A program made the translations under genes and the position numbers. DNA of 64,000 nucleotides. Origin: Candidatus Tayloriibacteriota bacterium (GTDB taxonomy: Bacteria; Patescibacteriota; Minisyncoccia; Phycocordibacterales; PALSA-1337). The DNA lies in NCBI GenBank assembly GCA_943350765.1, contig CALRAJ010000001.1, forward strand, positions 96,689-160,688. The letters are read 5' to 3'. Below are positions 19,113 through 28,734 of this stretch, one piece after another; position 1 is the first letter of the stretch; every line of letters starts with the position of its first letter. Under the pieces are notes generated by a model that saw nothing but the letters and a program-made list of their open reading frames with translations, had not been told where the DNA came from and searched no databases.

Positions 19113-19550
19113 ATGCAAAAATATTCTGAATTATTTAAAAAATACAGTCTTCATGTCGCTTTTATTCAGTCTGTAATAGCTACCCTCGGTAGTCTCTTTT
19201 TTAGCGAAGTGATGCATCTCACTCCCTGTGTACTGTGTTGGTACCAGCGTATTCTCATGTATCCACTGATCTGGATTACCGCGGTTGGAATTATTAAAAA
19301 GGATAAAAATAGCCCACTATATATCCTACCACTCGCACTGTTCGGCTGGGTTATCGCCCTCTACCACAATCTCCTTTACTATAAAATAATCCCTGATACA
19401 CTTTCGCCATGTAGTCTCGGTGTCTCATGTACGACCAAGTTTTTTGCTTGGTACGGTTTTATCACCATCCCTCTAATGTCATTTACCGCCTTTTCTATAA
19501 TCATCGCCTGTGTGTTAGTATATAGAAAATATTTAAAAAATAATAAATAA
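19113..19550 (+). CDS. bdbC: Disulfide bond formation protein B (BdbC/DsbB family)
   Basis: 145 aa. CVLCWYQRILMYPL matches B. subtilis BdbC CELCWYQRILMYPL. A second Cys pair (CSLGVSC) and 4 TM helices are present. Confidence 0.85.
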   Translation: MQKYSELFKKYSLHVAFIQSVIATLGSLFFSEVMHLTPCVLCWYQRILMYPLIWITAVGIIKKDKNSPLYILPLALFGWVIALYHNLLYYKIIPDTLSPCSLGVSCTTKFFAWYGFITIPLMSFTAFSIIIACVLVYRKYLKNNK

Positions 19551-19558
19551 TAAATCAA

Positions 19559-20194
19559 ATGGAAAAAGAAACTCGGGTAGTAGCAGGTGTCGTAGTGGTT
19601 TGCATAGCACTCTTTGTGGCTGGCGCAATGTGGTATAACTCAGCTACAAAACCTGTGCCAGTAGATATGTCTCGCCTGATTCGTGAAAACAGCACAAAGA
19701 TAATGGTTCCTGATGCAAAGATAACCATCGTAGAATTTGCGGATTTTGAGTGTCCTGGCTGTGCTGGTATCCATCCTGTACTAAAAAGGCTCTTGACTGA
19801 CTATTCTGGAAAGATCAGTTTTGTTTACCGTACATTTCCGATCCATCGAGACTCGGCTCTAGCTGCTACTTTTGCCCTCGCTGCTGGTGAGCAAGGTAAG
19901 TTTTGGGAAATGCATGACAAGCTCTATGAAAACCAATCCAGCTGGGCAGGCAAGGAAAAACCACCTCGAGATATTTTCCTAGGTTACGCTACTGACCTCA
20001 AACTCGATATCGCAAAGCTTGAAAAAAGTCTAAGTGATAGTCATCTCGAGGCCCATGTAAACGCTGATCGTGATGATGCATTAAAGCTTGGTATTCGTGG
20101 AACCCCGACTATATTTATAAACGGTGAAATACTAAAAGGTATACCGAGCGACGGCGAGCTTCGTGCGAGAATTGATGTGATACTTGCGAAATAA
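19559..20194 (+). CDS. bdbD: Thiol:disulfide interchange protein DsbA/BdbD family
   Basis: N-terminal TM, thioredoxin fold with FECPGC active site, and a cis-Pro region (GTPT). Confidence 0.85.
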   Translation: MEKETRVVAGVVVVCIALFVAGAMWYNSATKPVPVDMSRLIRENSTKIMVPDAKITIVEFADFECPGCAGIHPVLKRLLTDYSGKISFVYRTFPIHRDSALAATFALAAGEQGKFWEMHDKLYENQSSWAGKEKPPRDIFLGYATDLKLDIAKLEKSLSDSHLEAHVNADRDDALKLGIRGTPTIFINGEILKGIPSDGELRARIDVILAK

Positions 20195-20236
20195 GATACA
20201 CGGTGGTTTTGTAATAATCTTTGGCAAATCTAAATA

Positions 20237-20378
20237 CCCCGAATTACGAAATGCCTTTCTTGGCATATCTTTTCGAGGGTACGGATAAAAGTTTACTAAC
20301 TTTTTCCTGAAATCTCGGCTACCCGCCTGCGAACCCCCTCGAAAAGATACGCCTGCGACGACATTTCGTAATTCGGGG
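20237..20378 (-). mobile_element. MITE-like repeat copy B with perfect 17-bp TIRs
   Basis: TIRs ccccgaattacgaaatg / catttcgtaattcgggg, with internal ctcggctacccgcc and aaaagatacgcctgcgacg. It is the reverse complement of copy A. Confidence 0.7.
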
Positions 20379-20443
20379 TAAATAAAAAATAGCGTTGGGT
20401 GAAAATCACCCTCGGCTGTTGTGTATTAAATATGAACCTTTTC

Positions 20444-20917
20444 CTACAAAAGCTCTGTGGTCAAGTCGATTACCTTTTGCCAGTCTGGTACCCCAGATAC
20501 AACATAGGGACTATCTGACAGACAGAGTATCCGACCACAGGTGGTACTACCGACGATTTCAAGTTCATGGATAACCGACCTGACAATAGATGATACTGTG
20601 TCATCCACCATAATATTTTGCACATCCACGAGTACAACACTTTTTCCAAGCGTAATAGCTAAACCGGTTGTGGATAGCCCTTTGATACGGCAATCAAATA
20701 CAGGATCAGTTTGAGGGCTTGGGATAAAGTCCGAACTGGGTTTGAGAAGTGTGACTATCAAAAGACCGATAGAAGCAGTATGATCTTTTAATAGCCTTGC
20801 GGCAACAATCTTACTACATGTGAGATGTAGATGTTCGTAATGAGTACTAGGAAAAGCTTGTATTGCGAGCCTAAGATCGGAAGGTCTAGCAAGTATCAGA
20901 ATGTTTGGTTTAGGCAT
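20444..20917 (-). CDS. Hypothetical protein
   Basis: 157 aa soluble protein with no recognisable motif. Confidence 0.4.
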   Translation of the reverse strand: MPKPNILILARPSDLRLAIQAFPSTHYEHLHLTCSKIVAARLLKDHTASIGLLIVTLLKPSSDFIPSPQTDPVFDCRIKGLSTTGLAITLGKSVVLVDVQNIMVDDTVSSIVRSVIHELEIVGSTTCGRILCLSDSPYVVSGVPDWQKVIDLTTELL

Positions 20918-21033
20918 ATTTTGACTTAAAGCTAGGGTTTTTGAAGAGCGTTTACTCTATTAAACCATAAGTTATGTCTTTATGCAAATTGTTTCAGTTT
21001 GCTTGATATAGTTATCCACGATATAATAATTAT

Positions 21034-22068
21034 ATGAATCATCAAAAAGGACAGCTCTACTTTCTCGGGGTACTTGGCTTAATAGCAGTAGTAGTAAATA
21101 TATTTATTTTTCTACCATTTCTCATGGTTATAGTTGTTTCTGCAATGTTTGCAGTGATCCTCACTCCACTGTACGATAGGCTAGAGCGGTTATTTTTAGG
21201 TAGAAAGACTCTTGCCTCGTTGGCAGTGATACTTATTGTAGCAGTAGCCATTATTGTACCTTTTGTGATTATTGCTCATCAGGTTTTTGCAGATGCCATG
21301 AGCCTCTACGCAAACATGCGAGATGGTGGGGTAGACGGATTATCAGTTACTATCAGCAAAATCGAGGCTCCAATACAGGAATTTTTCCCAAATTTCTCAA
21401 TCGATTTACAAAAATACGCATCATTTTTTGTAACATTTGTAACAAACAATTTTGGCAAGGTTTTTTCAAGCACAGCTTTTGGAGTATTCAATGTGTTCAT
21501 CGGTATCTTGATGCTATTTTATTTCCTAAAAGATGGTTCCAAGTTCAAAAAGGAAATTATGCGTTTGAGTCCGCTCGCCGATAAATACGATGGGGAAATA
21601 CTTTCTCACCTAGCACTAGCTATAAACTCGGTAGTCAAAGGCTCACTTTTAGTAGCACTAGTCCAAGGTATCTTTACTGGTATAGGTCTAGCATTTTTCG
21701 GTGTACCAAACCCCACTATGTGGGCGACCATCGCTGGTGTCGCTGCACTAGTACCAGGACTCGGTACAGCTTTTGTCACACTACCAGCAGTAATATTTCT
21801 TTTTATAACTGGTAATACTGGCTCATCGATAGGGCTTTTAGTCTGGGGAATATTTGCTGTAGGTCTTATAGATAACCTTCTCCTGCCAATGCTCCTTAAA
21901 AAGGATTTTAATATCCACCCAATGTTAATACTTCTATCTGTCCTCGGTGGTATTTCATTCTTTGGACCATTGGGTTTTCTTGTTGGTCCACTAGTACTCA
22001 GCCTGCTTTTTACCCTAGGTGATGTATACAAAATGATGGTGTCTCGTGGTGTAGCCAAAGACGAATAG
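21034..22068 (+). CDS. AI-2E family transporter (UPF0118/PerM)
   Basis: 344 aa with 7-8 TM helices and the FYFLKDG motif. Confidence 0.8.
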   Translation: MNHQKGQLYFLGVLGLIAVVVNIFIFLPFLMVIVVSAMFAVILTPLYDRLERLFLGRKTLASLAVILIVAVAIIVPFVIIAHQVFADAMSLYANMRDGGVDGLSVTISKIEAPIQEFFPNFSIDLQKYASFFVTFVTNNFGKVFSSTAFGVFNVFIGILMLFYFLKDGSKFKKEIMRLSPLADKYDGEILSHLALAINSVVKGSLLVALVQGIFTGIGLAFFGVPNPTMWATIAGVAALVPGLGTAFVTLPAVIFLFITGNTGSSIGLLVWGIFAVGLIDNLLLPMLLKKDFNIHPMLILLSVLGGISFFGPLGFLVGPLVLSLLFTLGDVYKMMVSRGVAKDE

Positions 22069-22086
22069 TTTTCTATCATATAAATA

Positions 22087-22503
22087 ATGCCTACCAGCCC
22101 TCGTTATGAAAAAGTGTTTTTAATACTGATCGTCATTATTTTTTCAGTGGTGGCATTTTATGCTGTATCAAATAATAGGCGAGTGGCAACTGGTGTGATG
22201 CCTGTAAAAATCGGTTTTATTTCTGCTCTGGGTAATGTAGGTGATAATAGTGGTGAGGAGGAACTCAAAGCCGTCCAGCTAGCAGTAGATGAAATAAACA
22301 AAAATGGTGGGGTAGACGGTCGGCAGATAGATCTAGTAGCGGAGAGCATACCTGCTTTTGATAAAAAAATATCCACGACCACCTCGGAGTACCGACGCTT
22401 TGAGGCTCGGTTTAAGGTGCGTTTTGGTAGATTACCACATGCTCCAGCTACTATTAGGGCATATGATGCGGTGTATAGGATTGTGGAGACGATGGGGAAG
22501 TAG
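22087..22503 (+). pseudogene. Truncated periplasmic substrate-binding protein fragment (LivK/ABC amino-acid binding, N-terminal ~100 aa only)
   Basis: A TM/signal is followed by VKIGFISALGNVGDNSGEEELKAVQLAVDEINKNGGVDGRQIDLV, which is the start of a type I PBP fold. The ORF ends at 138 aa, whereas these proteins are normally about 370-400 aa. Confidence 0.4.
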
Positions 22504-22716
22504 CTTTTTTGAGATTTGTATTTATTAAATTACAAAATAGTGTCTAGTCATTACATGGCTCTGTTGAGGCCTATTTAGGATAAAATACCTTAAATATATG
22601 TGTAGTCAATACCGCTATTGACTTTTATGTCTGAGTATGCTAGTATTAGGGTAAAGGTGCTGTGCGTGTGCATAGTACCGTTCGTTGAGAAAACAATCAA
22701 AATAAGTGAGTCATTT

Positions 22717-24048
22717 ATGATCATGCGTCTGTTTTGGAGTGTGTTAACTGGTGTCATGCTCGGGGTTGCAGTAGTCGGTTTCCAGCAGTGGTGGCTACGG
22801 CGTTCAGGCACCACCATGCCTCGGTGGGCAAAGGTTTGCTCAGTACTGGCGTTGTTGGTTGGGTGTCTGTGTTTGTACTTTGCCATCAAGTCAATGATGT
22901 ATATGGCAACTCCAACTCCACCGTCATTGGCACTTCCTGTGCCGCCGGCTCCTCCCACAGTGCCATCTACACCGTCGCCGTTCGACTTAACCCCACCACC
23001 GTCGGCTCCTCCCTCACCGCCGTTTACACCGGCTCCGCCACTGGCTAAGCCTCCGTCGGATTTACCCCCGACTCAGCCGCAGGCGCCGTTGGCACCTCCC
23101 GCACCTCCTGTCGCTCCGCCTGCTCGCGTAAAAGCGACGCCGGCGGATAACCTTCAGTCGGCACTCGTAAAGGGGCTGATTGAGGAGCGAAAAGAGAGTG
23201 ACGCTCGAGCGATGGTTCTACTCGAAGCGGGGATCGCGAGCTCAAAAACGCAACAAGTCGTTGCCTTTGAGCTACTCCGCGGTGCAGCAGGTCGGCTGGA
23301 TGCCGAAGCGGTGAGGACTGGTTTCGCAACCAGCAACCTCCTTGCATTGCAAGCCTCGATGTTCGACCGACAAAGTCGGGTAGCGGGAAAGGTAGCGACC
23401 GCCAACGGCCTCATGGAAGGATTGGTGGAAGCACGAAAGGCGATGCTCGCTCAAAAGGCTGGGATGACGGTGGTGACGAATATCATCAACCTCAACCCCC
23501 ACATCACGGTGCAACCTGCATCAGTGATCCTGCCTCAGCAGCCAGCACCTCCGGCCTACAATCCGCCGGCCTTGCCCGCAGTTCCTGCGCCACTGACGCT
23601 CCCGAGCCTCTCTGGAGGATCCACGAGTGTGGTACCCAGACAGTCCGCTCCGCCACCCAGCATCTCAGGGTTTGAGCATGGCGTTTACGCCATCACCAAT
23701 CTACACACGAGACAGCTCTCGAAGGGATTGGCAGAGGTGCCTGTAGTCGGTGGTTTGTTCAATAACAAACCCCACTACGGTGGAAAGATCGTGAAAAGGC
23801 AATTCAGGTTGCTGGTAACGGCAAGCACTGAGAACGATATCGACCTTGCCCGTGAAGCCCTCAGGGACTTTACGGAAAAGGACAAAGAGACAAAGCTTCG
23901 GGACAACAACGATATCGTTGACCCTGGCAATCAAGACCAACAAGCTCGTCTCCAGAAGCTCTTTCTGGAAAGTCTTGTCGGTAAGTGGGCAAAGGTGAAA
24001 TCGATGGATCCGAAGCTCACCATGGTCGCTCTGACGGTCATTCCCTGA
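22717..24048 (+). CDS. Hypothetical membrane protein with Pro-rich linker, encoded in a strongly GC-rich (about 60%) island
   Basis: 2 N-terminal TM helices, an 80-aa PxxP-rich region (PPAPPTVPSTPSP...) and a 300-aa C-terminal domain. Composition deviates sharply from the flanks, with many antisense ORFs. Confidence 0.55.
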   Translation: MIMRLFWSVLTGVMLGVAVVGFQQWWLRRSGTTMPRWAKVCSVLALLVGCLCLYFAIKSMMYMATPTPPSLALPVPPAPPTVPSTPSPFDLTPPPSAPPSPPFTPAPPLAKPPSDLPPTQPQAPLAPPAPPVAPPARVKATPADNLQSALVKGLIEERKESDARAMVLLEAGIASSKTQQVVAFELLRGAAGRLDAEAVRTGFATSNLLALQASMFDRQSRVAGKVATANGLMEGLVEARKAMLAQKAGMTVVTNIINLNPHITVQPASVILPQQPAPPAYNPPALPAVPAPLTLPSLSGGSTSVVPRQSAPPPSISGFEHGVYAITNLHTRQLSKGLAEVPVVGGLFNNKPHYGGKIVKRQFRLLVTASTENDIDLAREALRDFTEKDKETKLRDNNDIVDPGNQDQQARLQKLFLESLVGKWAKVKSMDPKLTMVALTVIP

Positions 24049-24182
24049 GGCTTCACAGCCTCGCACGGCACGCATTACACTCCGGTGTAAAGCGTGCTTT
24101 TTTATTTATCACCATATCACCCCACAACATTCCTCGATATTTATAGTTATTTTTGTTATAATCGACAGACACAACATATCTA

Positions 24183-24316
24183 GAATTCATAAATACCGTC
24201 GCAAGCGTATCTTTTTGAAAGACTTCGCAAGGCGGGTAGCCGAGACTGAGAGATTTTCTAGCAAGAAAATACTCGTGCTTTCAAAAAGATATGCTAAGAA
24301 AGGCATTTAAGAATTC
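24183..24316 (+). mobile_element. MITE-like repeat copy C
   Basis: Bounded by gaattc...gaattc. Contains aataccgtcgcaagcgtatctttttgaaagacttcgcaaggcgggtagccgagact...aaaaagatatgctaagaaaggcattt. Confidence 0.7.
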
Positions 24317-24334
24317 AAAAAAAACAGATAAAAC

Positions 24335-24817
24335 ATGTACTACTCTATTTCTCTAATCATTTCCATCATTTTACTCTTACCAGCCATTTTTCTGGTCTTT
24401 GTACCCGTTTTTCCAGCTTTATGGTACATGTTTTTTATTACTTGTCTTTTTGCCTTTATAGATGGATTTACACATATCACACTCTCAGGTCTCGGCATTC
24501 TCGGAATAATAGTATTACTTTCTATGCTGATAGATACCCTAGCGGGAATAGTCGGTGCAAAATATAGCGGTGCTTCAAAAAAGTCTCTGATATACGGTTT
24601 TATAGGCGTCATTGTCGGTACTGCTTTATTTTTCCCATTTGGCGGTATACTAGGACTTTTCGGTGGAGTTTTACTAGGAGAGCTTTTACAGCAAAGGAGC
24701 AGTAGGGTAGCTCTCAAGTCGGCGACAGGAAGCGTCATTGGAACTTTTGCAGGAATGGTTATAAACTGTCTCCTAGCTATTACATTTCTGATACTTTTTT
24801 TAATTTTTGTGCTTTAA
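24335..24817 (+). CDS. DUF456-like small integral membrane protein
   Basis: 160 aa with 4 TM helices and Gly-zipper motifs (GGILGLFGGVLLG). Confidence 0.45.
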   Translation: MYYSISLIISIILLLPAIFLVFVPVFPALWYMFFITCLFAFIDGFTHITLSGLGILGIIVLLSMLIDTLAGIVGAKYSGASKKSLIYGFIGVIVGTALFFPFGGILGLFGGVLLGELLQQRSSRVALKSATGSVIGTFAGMVINCLLAITFLILFLIFVL

Positions 24818-24827
24818 AGACTGACTT

Positions 24828-25826
24828 ATGAATAATCAGATAAAAACAAAGTTAGCTACAAAATACCTATACGCTATTTTTGCGGTAATTATCATTTTTG
24901 CTGGCATCTTTTTTATTCTAAATAGTAAAAATGACCCCATATTATCAGCACCAAACATAGACATAGATCAAACAAAATCCTTATCCGCGATTACAGACAC
25001 ACTGATTTTACCTAGAAAAGCCCGTGCGGATTTTCAATCTATCATTTCTACAATAGAGCAGGAAAAATCATTTGAATCAGCTATGGTAAAGGACAACGAA
25101 ACTACCCTCGATAATTTCCCCGAGATAAATAATGATTACTTTACTAAAATAATGAGCGTGCTGGATGTATTACCGACAGATGGTGCAAAAAGCTTTTGTT
25201 CAAAATTACCAGAATATTCTGATTTAGTAAATGCTCGGATAGAAGAAACTAAGGGAAAAATAGACACCTTACTAGATAAAGATCTAGGTACTTCTGATAC
25301 TTTAGAAATCTCAGTCAAAAACAAAAAGATTCGTAATAGGGAACTGCGTAATAGCCAAATCGAAACCTATTTTTCTCGTATCGAAAGTGTGGTCGCCACC
25401 AGCACCATGGTAGAATTTGAAAATATACATACAGATATTCTGAAAAAGCTTTCTGAAACTCGAAAGGGAACGGATACAGCTACTCAAGCGATGGATATGG
25501 GTGTGCGAGATATTCTAGTGGTATATCAAAAAGGTATCGATTCTATTTTTTCAACATTCGCTACGCTTATCTCAAATAGTCTTACAGGTGCTAAAAATGA
25601 TTGTTCTGCAAAAGTCCCGTCGAATGTAGTCAGGCTAAGTACATATGCGAGCTTTACTGTATATAGGCAAAACTTTTCAAATTTGCTTAAAAAGTCTCAC
25701 TACCCAAAAGACGAGCTACAGAGACTACTATATGCGAGAAATGAAGCTCTAAAGTCAAATACGGCACTTATAGACACACTACAAAAGCAACTCCAACTAA
25801 TCCTTTCAGCTATTCCAAAAAAGTAA
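24828..25826 (+). CDS. Hypothetical membrane-anchored protein
   Basis: 332 aa with an N-terminal TM. Confidence 0.45.
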   Translation: MNNQIKTKLATKYLYAIFAVIIIFAGIFFILNSKNDPILSAPNIDIDQTKSLSAITDTLILPRKARADFQSIISTIEQEKSFESAMVKDNETTLDNFPEINNDYFTKIMSVLDVLPTDGAKSFCSKLPEYSDLVNARIEETKGKIDTLLDKDLGTSDTLEISVKNKKIRNRELRNSQIETYFSRIESVVATSTMVEFENIHTDILKKLSETRKGTDTATQAMDMGVRDILVVYQKGIDSIFSTFATLISNSLTGAKNDCSAKVPSNVVRLSTYASFTVYRQNFSNLLKKSHYPKDELQRLLYARNEALKSNTALIDTLQKQLQLILSAIPKK

Positions 25827-25901
25827 GTAAATTGGCCCAAATTACAAAACACCACCACAAGTATTTTATAATTTTACTTAAAATGCTATAGTATTTCTGC
25901 T

Positions 25902-26792
25902 ATGGACAAAGGCAAATACACGATAATTCTATTTTATAAATATACCCAAATCGATGACCCTACAGCACTGATGACCGAGCAAAAGGCCATCTGTACCAAA
26001 CTCGGCATGACTGGACGAGGAATTATTGCTCGTGAGGGTATAAATATGACATTCGAGGGTACAAATAAAAACATTGATGCTTATTGCAAAGCTTTACTTG
26101 CCGATCCTCGTTTTGCCAGTACTCATATCAAAAAAAGTGAGGGTACAGGGAAGGCGTTTCCCAAGCTTTCTATAAAAGTACGGGAGGAAATAGTAACCCT
26201 CGGCCTAGGTAATGCTGATTTTAACCCCACCGAGATGACGGGTAAACATCTTCCACCAGAGGAGCTTTATAAGTGGCTAGCTGAAGGTAAAGAGTTTGAG
26301 ATTGTAGATATGCGTAACGACTATGAGCATGCCATCGGGCATTTCAAAAACTCTATCCTACCACCACTTGAAAACTTTCGAGATTTGCCAAAAATACTGC
26401 CGACGCTGGAGCCATTAAAAGATAAAACGGTTTTAACAGTCTGTACTGGCGGTGTTCGTTGCGAAAAGGCCTCAGGATATCTTTTGAAGCAGGGTTTCAA
26501 GGATGTCTACCAGCTCGACGGAGGTATTGTGAGCTATATGGAAAAATACAAGAACGACGACTTTCAGGGCAAGCTTTATGTATTTGATGAGCGGGTAGCG
26601 ATGACCTTTACTCCAGACGAAAAACGCACGGTAATCGGGAAGTGTTTCAAATGCGCCTCATCTTCAGAAAATTATGTAAACTGTGCTTATTTGATGTGTC
26701 ATCGTCATTTTATTTGTTGTGAAGACTGTTTATCATCATCTGGTCAGGCATTTTGTGAAGAAAAATGCGAGAAAGTTTTTGTCAAAGTGTAG
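25902..26792 (+). CDS. trhO: Rhodanese-domain tRNA U34 hydroxylase TrhO (YceA/UPF0176) with Cys-rich C-terminal extension
   Basis: MDKGKYTIILFYKY...; the rhodanese active-site loop CTGGVRCEKAS is present, and the C-terminus has 9 Cys (CFKCASS...CAYLMCHRHFICCEDC). Confidence 0.8.
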   Translation: MDKGKYTIILFYKYTQIDDPTALMTEQKAICTKLGMTGRGIIAREGINMTFEGTNKNIDAYCKALLADPRFASTHIKKSEGTGKAFPKLSIKVREEIVTLGLGNADFNPTEMTGKHLPPEELYKWLAEGKEFEIVDMRNDYEHAIGHFKNSILPPLENFRDLPKILPTLEPLKDKTVLTVCTGGVRCEKASGYLLKQGFKDVYQLDGGIVSYMEKYKNDDFQGKLYVFDERVAMTFTPDEKRTVIGKCFKCASSSENYVNCAYLMCHRHFICCEDCLSSSGQAFCEEKCEKVFVKV

Positions 26793-26949
26793 TTTGGCAG
26801 ACCGACTATTTTAATTCAAAAAACACCAAAACTCTGTCCCAAACGGTGGCTCTACTGTGTACGACATTTCTGGGGTATTGTCAAGCATTTTAGCCTTATT
26901 TTGAGCCATTTTATGGTGTTTGACATACCCATTTTTATATTGTAAATCA

Positions 26950-26979
26950 TTGACAAAAGTAAAGGAAGGTGCTATAATG
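26950..26979 (+). promoter_or_regulatory. Consensus sigma70 promoter
   Basis: TTGACA, 17 nt, TATAAT (ttgacaaaagtaaaggaaggtgctataat). Confidence 0.55.
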
Positions 26980-27025
26980 GATACACATCAGATTTAGGTC
27001 TGGTGTTTTCATTTTAAACACTTAT

Positions 27026-27496
27026 ATGATTGAATTAACTACAAGTCTAATGATGCTTATGTCTGTGATGTATGCAGGCTCTGGAACAACTCTAGATACT
27101 GCTCTACCTATCCAAACAAAAGCTGAAATTGTTGTAAAGGAACAGATTGTTACCCCTGGGCGGACTACTGTTGCTAACCTCGAAGCCTATGTTCGTGAAT
27201 ACTACAAAGATATCCCTATATTGGCTGAGGTATCGAAATGCGAATCAAGATTTATCCAATTTAGTAAAAACGGTAATGTGATGCGTGGGTTTGAAAATCC
27301 AGATGATGTCGGTCTAATGCAGATCAATGAATACTATCACGCAGAGACGGCAAAAAAGCTTGGTTATAAGATCCACACTGTCGAAGGAAACCTTGCATTT
27401 GCTAAGTACCTCTATGACAAAAAGGGGACAGCCCCTTGGTCAGCTTCATCTCCATGTTGGGGAAAAAAGGTGGGAGCTCAGGTAGCGATACGATAA
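27026..27496 (+). CDS. Secreted lytic-transglycosylase-like (SLT/lysozyme-like) protein
   Basis: Signal peptide, catalytic-Glu context SKCESRF and a GLMQIN motif. Confidence 0.5.
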   Translation: MIELTTSLMMLMSVMYAGSGTTLDTALPIQTKAEIVVKEQIVTPGRTTVANLEAYVREYYKDIPILAEVSKCESRFIQFSKNGNVMRGFENPDDVGLMQINEYYHAETAKKLGYKIHTVEGNLAFAKYLYDKKGTAPWSASSPCWGKKVGAQVAIR

Positions 27497-27505
27497 TAAC
27501 AAAAC

Positions 27506-27539
27506 AAAAAACCACCACATTAAAATGTGGTGGTTTTTT
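27506..27539 (+). terminator. Rho-independent terminator
   Basis: aaaaaccaccacat-taaa-atgtggtggtttttt. Confidence 0.7.
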
Positions 27540-27580
27540 GTATTATGACATATGACATGTCTTGGTATATAGTTATATAT

Positions 27581-28006
27581 ATGATTTACGATAAAAGACC
27601 GAAAGATTTTTCTCTCAAATTTCAGGTTGTAAGTTGCTATATAGAGTATCAAGGTACTTTGCTATTTCTTCATCGTTCGATACATAAGTCACATGGAGGG
27701 ATGTGGGGTGTGCCAGCAGGCAAGGTAGAGGGTGGCGAGACCAACGATGATGCTATGGTACGCGAAATAGTGGAAGAGACAGGATTAAGTATAGATAAAA
27801 ATAGCCTAAACTTTTTAAAAAGTATTTTTGTAAGGCATTCTGGTTATGACTTTATATACCATATGTATAAACTTGAAATAAATGAAATTCCAAAAATTAA
27901 GATAAATTCTACCGAACATCAGGATTATAAATGGGCGACCCCGCAGGAAGCATTATCACTTGATCTTGTTACAGACCTGGACGAGTGTATCAAGATGTAC
28001 TACTAG
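27581..28006 (+). CDS. NUDIX hydrolase
   Basis: Nudix box GGMWGVPAGKVEGGETNDDAMVREIVEETGL. Confidence 0.8.
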   Translation: MIYDKRPKDFSLKFQVVSCYIEYQGTLLFLHRSIHKSHGGMWGVPAGKVEGGETNDDAMVREIVEETGLSIDKNSLNFLKSIFVRHSGYDFIYHMYKLEINEIPKIKINSTEHQDYKWATPQEALSLDLVTDLDECIKMYY

Positions 28007-28145
28007 GGAAGGCCCAGCGGGAGATCTTACGAGCATAATTATCTCCAAGGCAGAGCATGTCGCACAATATATCTTTTAGACATATATAGTAGTATCAAGC
28101 CTGAAGTGTTTTGTGTGAACATTATGACGACTCGAATGTACATAC

Positions 28146-28391
28146 CTACACAACCTTAGACCAGACCAATCGTATAAAAAGATTCCAAAGATAACTCACA
28201 GGTCTAGCTAGATAGTTTTCATACACTCCTACCACAAGATCCTTCATATAGACTAGATTTTTATGTACTGTGGGCGAATCAATAATCTTTTGTAAATCAA
28301 AACCAAAATAACCCAAGACTATCAATGCTACGACGATTATGATGATTAGCTTAATAAAACCAGCCTCTCGAACCTTATGTGTGTGTACCAT
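28146..28391 (-). CDS. Hypothetical small membrane protein
   Basis: 81 aa with one TM. Confidence 0.35.
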   Translation of the reverse strand: MVHTHKVREAGFIKLIIIIVVALIVLGYFGFDLQKIIDSPTVHKNLVYMKDLVVGVYENYLARPVSYLWNLFIRLVWSKVV

Positions 28392-28447
28392 ATCACCTAA
28401 TAATACTAAATCTAGCTCAAAATACTAGCCTACACAGCAAATTACTA

Positions 28448-28734
28448 AATGCGTTGAAGGCATATCTTTTAAATGGACTTCGCAGGTCGACGAGCGAAGG
28501 CGAGGAAGATACTGTAGCTACCAAGATACATGTGCATGGGTAGCCCCGCCATTCGTGAGTATACTACGGCGTGGCACGCGAGATTTCAGGAAAAAATTAC
28601 CAAATTTTTATCCGTACCCCGTCTACAGGTGTCTATCCATAACTGATAGACCTTTAAAAGATATGCCAAGAAAGGTCGATCGTTTGTGATCGACACCTGT
28701 AGACGGTATTTTGTAATTTGGGGTATTTATAAAA
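28448..28734 (+). mobile_element. MITE-like repeat copy D (long variant with internal insertion)
   Basis: The right TIR tattttgtaatttgggg is identical to copy A and the left end is degenerate. Shares cgcgagatttcaggaaaaa...ttatccgtacc with copy B. Confidence 0.65.

Noticed and set aside
22734-24075. Multiple 80-124 aa antisense or alternate-frame ORFs inside the GC-rich gene (and similarly at 52016-52655 and 38820-39359)
   Set aside because: Long stop-free frames are expected by chance in 55-60% GC sequence. They are nested in or antisense to the longer, better-supported ORFs.
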